Part shown: in pieces, positions 55,394-64,000 of the stretch | Layout: each line of letters begins with the position of its first letter | How positions within the stretch are numbered: the stretch's first letter is position 1 | NCBI RefSeq assembly: GCF_009914755.1 | Contig: NC_060928.1 | Source of the DNA: the human T2T-CHM13v2.0 reference genome, Homo sapiens | Length of the DNA: 64,000 nucleotides | Reading direction: 5' to 3' (one strand) | Notes under the pieces: generated by a model | Database searches by the model: none | What the model saw: only the letters and a program-made list of their open reading frames with translations | Told to the model about the DNA's origin: nothing | Made by a program: the position numbers and the translations under genes

Positions 55394-56384
55394 AGAGGCC
55401 ACATTTTTAATCAATACAAGCTAAAGCTTGTTAATGTTTCATGACTGAACTCTGCCCTGCCTCTCTGCTGCCATCCTTTGTATATGAAACTCTTAGAATT
55501 AGATAAAAATCCCTGGAAGAGCATATTCAAACATAAAGCCTTATTGCTGTCAAATGGACCCAGGCTGCACGTGTTCAAAATTGGTCGAGGAAATCCCATG
55601 TTACCATTCTGAGCAGGCCCAGGTGGTCAGACTCCATCAGAGGATGCTGCATTCATGATGGGTGCTGTGCAGGGTCACTTGCCACACTGTGTCACCTCTA
55701 TGTCATTGCTTTGCCTAGAGCTGGTAGTTTAAAATTTTAACCACTAGCTCCAATTTTATTGCTTCCTCAGGACACATATCATAAAACGATGAATGCTTTA
55801 CTCTTATTTCCAAAAAAATGTCATAACTTGTTCAAGGTCACATAGCTTGTTACTGGCAGGGCTGAGTCATTTGGGTAAATTATTAGGCCTTAGTTTCTTC
55901 ATCTATAAAATAGGGGGATTAGACTAAATCATCTCCAAGCTCTCCTTCGGCTCTCAAAAATTTATGGTTCTGGGCCACAGACACCACCAGCCAAGCAACA
56001 AGCTGGATTCAGTCTTCCTCTTCAAACTGGGGAAGGAGGAAAATAGGAAAGAGGAGCTGCAGTGTGAGGGCAGCAAGGAGCTAAATAGCTGAGGAATGAA
56101 GGCTGGGGAGGGAGTCGGGGGCAGAGTCAAGAGACTGGCAGATGTGGTAAAGACCGAGCCACTTGTGGAGGCAGAGCTGTGTGGAAGGCGAGGCCTCAGC
56201 CACTGACAAGTAGCTCAGGCCTCTCTCCATGGAATTTCCCCTAAGCTAGTTACCCCTTTCTCAGCTCAAGTCAGCCATTTCCCTGCCTCTTCAGTGAGAG
56301 GGAGGAAGAGACTGTATGGTTACAGCAACTCCAGTTTCTTGATCTCAGTCCACCTGTGCTTACTGTGGATAAAGTTAGTTGTTA

Positions 56385-56556
56385 CCAAATTATATCAAAT
56401 CGAAGACTATGTCTATTGTGAGGCGCACCATTATTTTTACAGATAACCAAGAAAGATAGACACTGCAAATTATCTTTGCATGGCGTTATCAATTCTAAGA
56501 TGGAATCTATTTACAGGAGACATTAAGAAGTATGTCTTAGAATTGATGAAATATAT
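56385..56556. mobile_element. MER104-like TcMar-Tc2 MITE
   Basis: attgtgaggcgcaccattatttt...tgtcttagaattgatgaaata. Confidence 0.65.
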
Positions 56557-57840
56557 TCTAACTCCCTCCATTACTCATGATAAAATCCACAAGTTAAGGG
56601 TTTCCTATGTACCAGGCACTATATTAAATGCTTTACATAATCTCACAACAGCCTGTGAGGTAAGTGTTATTCCCATTTATAGGTGAGAAAAGCTCAGAGA
56701 AGGTAAGTAACCTGCCCAAGGTTGCCCAGCTAGAGGAGACTATATAGGAACTGGGGTCAGTCTGACTGCAGAGCATGTGCCTTGAATCACTAGGTCATCT
56801 CACCTTCAGCAGAGAGCTACTGGATTACAGTCCTTGGGATGACAAGTGGACTTGTTTCTGGGGTCCCTGACCTCTCCCTCCCCTACTGTTCTGGATAGAG
56901 CTGCTAACAAAGGAAGAAAGTCGGGAAGGGCTCACAGGTACATTCTTGGCTCATGGGGCAACCAGGAAGACAGCTCCAGCTCTGGGTATGCAAGAGTTAA
57001 ACATGGGAGAAGTGGGCTTAGAAGGGCACCAGAATTCCCAGAGATGGCTTTACAGGAAAATATGAGAGAATAAGAAGAAGGAGTCAGAAAGAAAGGAAGG
57101 TGAATTTGGTACCTCAGAGCTCCCATGGAGGGGGATGATGACTGTAAGGCTGATGAATATGGTTCGGGGGTCCTGGCATGCATGTGCCTTTCCAAGAACC
57201 TGACAGGGACCTACCAGTTGTGAATTCACAATTTTACCTTCCTTTTTAAAAAGAGGACTCAAATTCTGAACATTTCAAGTTTCATAAACCTGGATCCTCC
57301 AGTTCCAATCTTGGTGGTAATGAAAGCAGGTGTGGTTGGGGGTGGTGGGCCTCAGAGAAAGCTGGAAGGGCGTGGGGCCACATGAGCACACAGAAGGAGT
57401 GATGGTTGAAAAAAAAAAAAAGTCGGGGGAAATATGACTATGAGAAAAGGATGTCTGCTTCCTTGGCCTGCCAAGTTTTATTTGGCCTGCAGAAGTAGAC
57501 CATTTCCTGCCCCATTCCTTCCAAGACCAACTCCACAGACTGGCAGTGAGCAATTTTCCTCCATTTACTTTGAAGAAGTTGTTTTACCAATGAGCCCTGA
57601 AAGTGGGCAGATTGTCATAGAACTCTTAGGTATATTTTTTCTATTCTTTAACAATGTTTTTGTGCCTGTTTTATCATGGATGTATTAATGTAGTAGTATA
57701 TGTATATAATTTTATATAGATAACTATACATAAGACAAGCAATGGAGAAATTTATTGATTGATATAGGTCTGTGATCAAGAAGTTGCAAGATTATTGCCC
57801 TGTGGAGATATTTCTCCAGTCTCTTAAAGTTCTCCCATTA

Positions 57841-58469
57841 GAATACTTATACACTGTTGGCAGGAGTGTAAATTAAATCAACCATTCTGGAAAGCAGTAT
57901 GGCAATTCCTCAAAGAGCTAAAAGAAGAACTACCATCCCACCCAGCAATCCCATTACTGGGTATAAACCCAGAGGAATATAATTCATTCTACTATAAAGA
58001 CATATGCACGCAAATGTTCTTTGCAGCAGTATTCACAATAGCAAAGATATGGAATCAAACTAAATGCCCATCAATGACAGTCTGGGTAATGAAAATGTGG
58101 TATAGATATACCATGGAATACTATGCAGCCATAAAAAAGAACAAGATCATGTCTTTCACAGGAACATGGACGGAGCTGGAGGCTACTATCCTTAGCAAAC
58201 TAATGCAGGAACAGAAAACCAAATGCTGCATATCTAAGTGGGAGCTGAATGGTAAGAACTTCTGAACACACAGAAGGAAATGACCGACACTGGGGTCTAC
58301 TTGAAGGTGGAGGGTAGGAGGAGGGAGAGGAACAGAAAGGATAACTATTGGGTACTGGGTTTAATACCTATGTGATGAAATAATATGTGCAAACCCCCAT
58401 GACATGTATTTACCTATGTAACAAACCTTGACATGTACCCCCCAAATCTAAAATAAAAGTAAAAAAAAT
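57841..58469 (+). mobile_element. 5'-truncated primate L1 (L1P) 3' end
   Basis: ORF2 C-terminus (MFFAAVFTIAKIWNQTKCPS...MEYYAAIKK), 3' UTR, A tail; TSD aagttctccc(a/c)tta. Confidence 0.93.
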
Positions 58470-60516
58470 AAGTTCTCCCCTTAAAGCTTCTGGGCAACAA
58501 GGTCATAAAAGACACTCATCTTGGGTAAAATTGTAGTTACATTCATAGACTTCAATGCTCAATGTTTTGGACCTTTGCTTTCTTACATTTCTTTCAACTT
58601 GGACAGTAAATTAAAACCATTGTTCTATTTTTCTCTTTTTCAGTTACTAGCCCAGTATTTGGAATTTGCCAAAGCTATATTCCTCAGAATTTACTTCAAG
58701 AGCTCCTTTGTATCGGCGGAGAATGAAGAACGGAGAAGAGGAGGAGGAGGTTGAAAGAAACTTAAGAGATGTGGCAACTAATTGCAACGTGTAGATTGTA
58801 TTTAGCTCATGATTCACACAAACTAGATATTTGTTATTAAAGAATTATGGTTGTTTTTGGTGTGATATTAGTATTGTGCTCACATTTCTTAAGAATCTAT
58901 CTTTAGAGATAGGTGCTGAAATTCTTGCAGATGAAATGACATTATCATCTGAGATGTGCTTCAAAAACAGTTAAAGGAGATATCGATAAGATGGCCTTGA
59001 ATTCACAATTGCTGAAGATGGGTATAGGCCACATGGAGTTTTATTATAATCTTTTCTCTCCTTTTATATTGTTTGTAGTTTTCCATTATAAGTTAAAATG
59101 AAGAAAATAAGTCAACCAACATGAAGCGGTCAGTGAGATTCTTACGGACATCCCAGCTTTGCCTCTTATCCGCCTGACATAGTCATGGAACTAGAAAGAC
59201 AAGCACAATTTGCCAAGCATCAGAGTGGCATCTTGAAACTGCTGGGTTTTGTTTAGGGTGGCCTCCCTAGGAGGAGAACACTTTGGACCAGGGAGTGAAC
59301 AGCTTGGAACTGGAGTGGCTTTACTGCTGGCAAAAAAGAATTTGCTAATTCTCAAAGGGGGGAAAAAATAAAATCATGAAACAGGATCACAATGCTCTTT
59401 GGACATCAAAGAATCATTACAAAACAAGATTTTGGTGAGTTCAATGTAAATGAATGAGGGCCATGCGGCTTCAATTTCCTTCAAAATACACAAGTTTAAA
59501 AATTCAAGGAAAAATGCCCTGTTAAACATGTGCTGAACTGAAATGCTTCGAGAGTCATTGAGCCCAAATGGGCCCTGGCTTTGCCCCAAGACTGGATCTT
59601 GTTCCTGTTGGAATATGATTTCTCCAACATACCCCATTTCCTCTGTAAACTCTACCTCCTTCCTTCCAGGTCCTCGTCCAAATTCTACTTCAGATGCTCA
59701 AAACACAGGACAAGACAAATCCAGGGATCAGCAACACTTTTTTTTCCCCTTTTCAATTTTGATAAGAAAGAAACAAATTCTTGGAGACTCAATTTGGAAA
59801 ACATTTGCTGGCAAATCCATAAAGCTCACCCTGTTGGTTTGAACTTTGAAAGTGTTGGGAATGGCTAACACAGTGAAAATGAAGTGGGGAGGAAATGGAT
59901 GCTAAGGCAATCCACTGTATTCCACTCACTCCCGACTCATTCACCCCAGAAAAAATCCAACCATAATCATCTGGACCTTCCTGTGTGGATCTCCATTAGT
60001 ATAAAGCTTTTTTAAAAAGGCACTTCCCCAGGTCCTGGAGTTCATGGCCCAATACCTGGCCCAGGTCTGACTGAAGTTAGTAGGCAGGAAAAGGAGCTAC
60101 TAAGGGTGGTCTTGCCACACAGCCTTCACCTAGAGAAGGGGATACTGAAAAGCCAGACCAGGGCGTAATGGATAGATGGAAATAGATACAGAAAATGGAG
60201 GCAAGCAACCTCCCCACTTGAAAGCCTGGAACGCCCAGCTGGGTTTGATTTAAAGCTCTCTTTGGGCCTGTGAGCCCCAAAATGAATGTTCTTGTTGCAT
60301 GAAGTCTGTGCAGTTTGTCAGAGGTGTATGTCGCAGGTTAGGTTAGAGTCAGTTAACCTAGGAGGCGGTTGGTGGTTGGAATCCTTGGTTCTAAGAGCTT
60401 GGTGTGTTCTGTGGCTCTGACTCCTGGGGCCTACCACATTTTGCAGGAAGGGCATACATAAGGCTGCCCATAACTCTTACCGCTTTTGGCAGTTTCTCCC
60501 CGAGGCCTCATCCTTC

Positions 60517-61189
60517 TGTTACAGTAGGTAGTTAGACAGACATGAGGCAGGGAAGGCCACCCTCCCCACAATGAGGAATGTCAGGCAACCATCAGGTGAT
60601 GGTCAGGCAGTTGTTAATTGTCTCTCTAAAATAATCATTGGTTGAAGCCAGGGCCAGGCAGTTTCCCAATAAATAGAAAACACCTGAAACTGGTGATCAG
60701 CTTCCTAGTAAGATCTCAGGAGTTGGGTGAGTGGACTCAAGCATGCGCACTAAGAGGCAAAATGGCAGAGTTTAACTGGTATATGAATCCTCAGCTGATA
60801 AGGAGAAAAAGCCCTCAAGTGAGCACGTACACAACTTCAGTAAACACACTGCGCACGCTCACCCCCCAAGTGCCTGAATGCCACTGTGGATGCGGACAGC
60901 CCACTCCAAGGGAAGAATCAGGGGAGAAGAGATGCAACCCCCCTGGAAGCATGCCAACATATGAAACACCAAGTCAAAGGTCAAACCACCCGGCTGATCT
61001 CAAGTCACCCGCTTGGCCCTCTTCTAAGTGTACTTCCTTTTGTTCCTGCTCTAAAGCTTTTTAATACACTTTTCACTCCTGCTCAAAAACTTGCCTTGGC
61101 CTCTCACCCTGCCTTATGACCCTTGGTTAAAAATTCTTTCTTTTGAGGTGTTAAGAATTGAGGTTGCTACAGATTTGCCACCAGTAACA
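60517..61189 (+). mobile_element. MER50-like ERV1 solo LTR
   Basis: tgttac...gtaaca termini, perfect 4-bp TSD cttc, internal match to the recalled MER50. Confidence 0.85.
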
Positions 61190-61833
61190 CTTCCATAGCC
61201 TTAGATGATTTAGGTTTCAAAATTGGAATTGCTCATTTTAATCTCTGGAGTACAAAACTCCAGTGGGAATAAGCTATCCCCACTTAGTACTACTATCTCT
61301 ATAGGGATAAGAAAATAAAGTATAATTTTCTCTCCAGATTCTATAATGAATATTGTTCCTAGTGATTCCACTTACAAACCAAAAATATTTGACTCTAAGC
61401 TGGAAAGAGCGCATCATTTCCTGGCTTCCTGGGAAGTCAGTCACGCAGCTAGTGGCACCAGTTTCCAGGACTTGTCGTCCTCCAGTGACCCCGCCTAGCT
61501 GTCTTGTTGATAACTGTCTTCCTAAAATGAAGGGCAGGTACTTTGAAAAGCGAGTCCCAAACTAACTGTGCATCCACTCAAAGCTCACTCAGACTTTGTA
61601 CCACAGGCAAGAGCAGGTCACACCATCAGAATATGGCACAAACGTGAGAATAATTTTCAAGGATGATAGGAACTAAAAGTTTTTAAAGTGGGAAGGAGAT
61701 GAAAAAACTCCACTTTTCTGTAACTAGCTCATGAGGGTTTGGTGTGTGGAGAACGAAATGCACCACCAGTACTAGCACCACTCCACCAAATTCTAAGTTT
61801 TTTTCTTGGATTTTTGTTAAACTTAAATATTTA

Positions 61834-62154
<321 letters not shown>

Positions 62155-62559
62155 TTACAAAAGCCACAGGAGATGACTGACCAGCACAATGACAATCCCA
62201 GTTATTCAAGTACAGTGCTGCATCCTGAAACATCTGAGATGAGCCTAGCTTGTATCATTATGAGCAAGGTCAATATTCCCTTCCGTAGAAACCAACCAGG
62301 GTCTTCTTTATCACAGCTTGCAACATTTAGGAGTTGGCCAAGATATGAGGCAAATTCATTCAATTTGGTTTAACTTAATTCTGCCCTGACCTGTGCAGAA
62401 GCTGGCCATATGAACATTACTACAACCCGAGATCTCAGAACTCACAGGGTAGAAGTTCCTGATGCATATAGCACTGAGTGGGGACACAGAGAGGAGTGAT
62501 AATTTTCAACAGGGAAAGTCAGGGTAAGTTGGCTTTCCAGCTGGAGTGAAGAGTTCTTA

Positions 62560-62790
62560 AACTGTAGTGCCCATACGGATCCCCTGGGGAGTTTGTCAAG
62601 AATGAAAATGGGGTGGCCTCATGAGAATCACCTGGAAGACTTAAGCATGAAAATGGATGGGCCCCCTCTCCCAAAGATTTTCATTTTAGTAGGTTTGATT
62701 TAGAGCCCTCCAAATCTGCATTTTGAAAACAAACTCCACCCCTACTTCTGATATGGGTGGTCCTCAGAACCTACACTGTTCTAAGGTTTT
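62560..62790 (+). mobile_element. MER5-like hAT-Charlie remnant
   Basis: gagaatcacctggaagact...tagtaggtttg...tctgcattttgaaaacaaactcc. Confidence 0.55.
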
Positions 62791-63122
62791 CATCTACAAG
62801 TCTCTCCACATGCAGGGCTGTAAATATAGGGCCAGAAAGATGAGAAGGCTGTTTCCATGCTCATGCCCATGATGCTGAAAGTTATTTTCCCAGATTCCCT
62901 TTGGGGTCTAGGAAATTCAAAAAGAATGTTCATGGAGGTCTGCGGGTGAGGGCATGTGGGGAAAGAAAGCACTGTCACTCATTCTTAGGGCATGCTCTTT
63001 GTAGACCTCAGGGCTGTCCTAGATTCCCCATGCCCTGATCTATGGATTGGGACTCCACACCAAATACTCTGGTTTTAGGGTTATTCTGTCGGATTCACTG
63101 TCCTCTAGGTCAAGGCATCAGG

Positions 63123-63640
63123 TGACAATAAACATATTTAAAGAAGGAAAGGCCCTGGTATAAACACACCTGATAGCAATAACTTAAGCATACCCTGAGA
63201 CTGACCCTGTATAGCAGACACACCTGCATGTGGTTCGGAGTTCCAAGCTAAGGAATCCGGGAGTAGCCAACCCGGAGGGTCATTCCTTATCTATGAGAAA
63301 CAGCTTAGCCCCTAGCCTGTCCCAGGAAACGTGGGCTGTATAGGAGACGGATGACGTCCTTTCTTTTGGGTGAATGTTGCTAGGTGGAGACTGTTAGGGA
63401 GAGGGTCCTAAGCAAATATAAAATGCATGCCTTTTGCAAGCATTTGCAGTTCTGTCCAGCTCTCGCCATTGGACTATATGCAAGGGGTTTCTCCTGTCCA
63501 GCCCGCTGCCACTGGACTCTCTCCCCTATATGTAAGTCCCCAGTAAAACCCAGTGTCTCATTTGCCAGTTCTGGGTCTGCTCTTCATCCTTTTGAACCTG
63601 GTGTCTTTCCCACTGGAGTCAATAGGTGTTTGGCCCAACA
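63123..63640 (+). mobile_element. LTR47-like ERVL solo LTR, left end approximate
   Basis: tagcaataacttaagcataccctgaga...ggaatccgggagtagccaacccggag...tttggcccaaca. Confidence 0.7.
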
Positions 63641-63858
63641 TTACGAATTGGTTTGGCCAAGTCGTTATAAACTATTGGCCCTCAAGGCCAAACCAGGCAT
63701 GCCTAAGTGATCTGCTAAATTGGACACAGGGTTGTTGTTTTGTTTTAAATTGAATTTGAATGCTTTCAGGCATTATATATTCATTCTGCAGTTGGCCAGA
63801 GGCCTCACCATCTCCCTTTGTGTTATGCCCGAATGATACATGTTTTAAAATAATTCCT

Positions 63859-64000
63859 GGCTGGGCACAGTGGCTCACGCCTGTAATCCCAGCACTTTGG
63901 GAGGCCAAGGTGGGTGGATCACAAGGTCAGGAGTTCAAGACCAGCCTGGCCAATATGGTGAAACCCCTTCTCTACTAAAAATACAAAAATTAGCTGGGTG
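63859..64000 (+). mobile_element. Alu left arm, cut by the window end
   Basis: ggctgggcacagtggctcacgcctgtaatccc. Confidence 0.95.

Noticed and set aside
58014-58265. 83-aa ORF resembling L1 ORF2
   Set aside because: Remnant of a 5'-truncated L1.

Overview
Primate (very probably human) genomic DNA from inside the LNX1 gene (ligand of NUMB protein X 1, a PDZ/RING E3 ligase; 4q12 from recollection), transcribed on the minus strand. Four consecutive coding exons with GT-AG boundaries and matching phases are present (17216-17457, 16547-16699, 7872-8074, 5254-5625). They encode the NPAY NUMB-binding motif, PDZ1 and PDZ2. Everything from 17458 to 64000 is part of a long upstream intron. The RING exon, the annotated first exons and the PDZ3/4 exons lie outside the window. 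The rest is ordinary repeat-rich intron: about 28 Alus or Alu fragments, a full-length Tigger1, THE1/MER50/LTR47-like LTRs, L1, L2, CR1/L3 and MIR relics, several DNA-transposon MITEs and microsatellites. Nearly all ORFs in the supplied track are spurious. I see no clear-cut new biological system. The most interesting unverified leads are: (i) a strong-context out-of-frame uORF in the NPAY exon whose stop overlaps the internal in-frame ATG (TAATG); (ii) several intronic ATG-to-splice-donor units in the phase needed to join that exon, i.e. possible alternative N-termini; (iii) a THE1 LTR with an intact DUX4 motif pointing antisense into the coding exons. Repeat family names come from recalled consensus sequences, not from a search.
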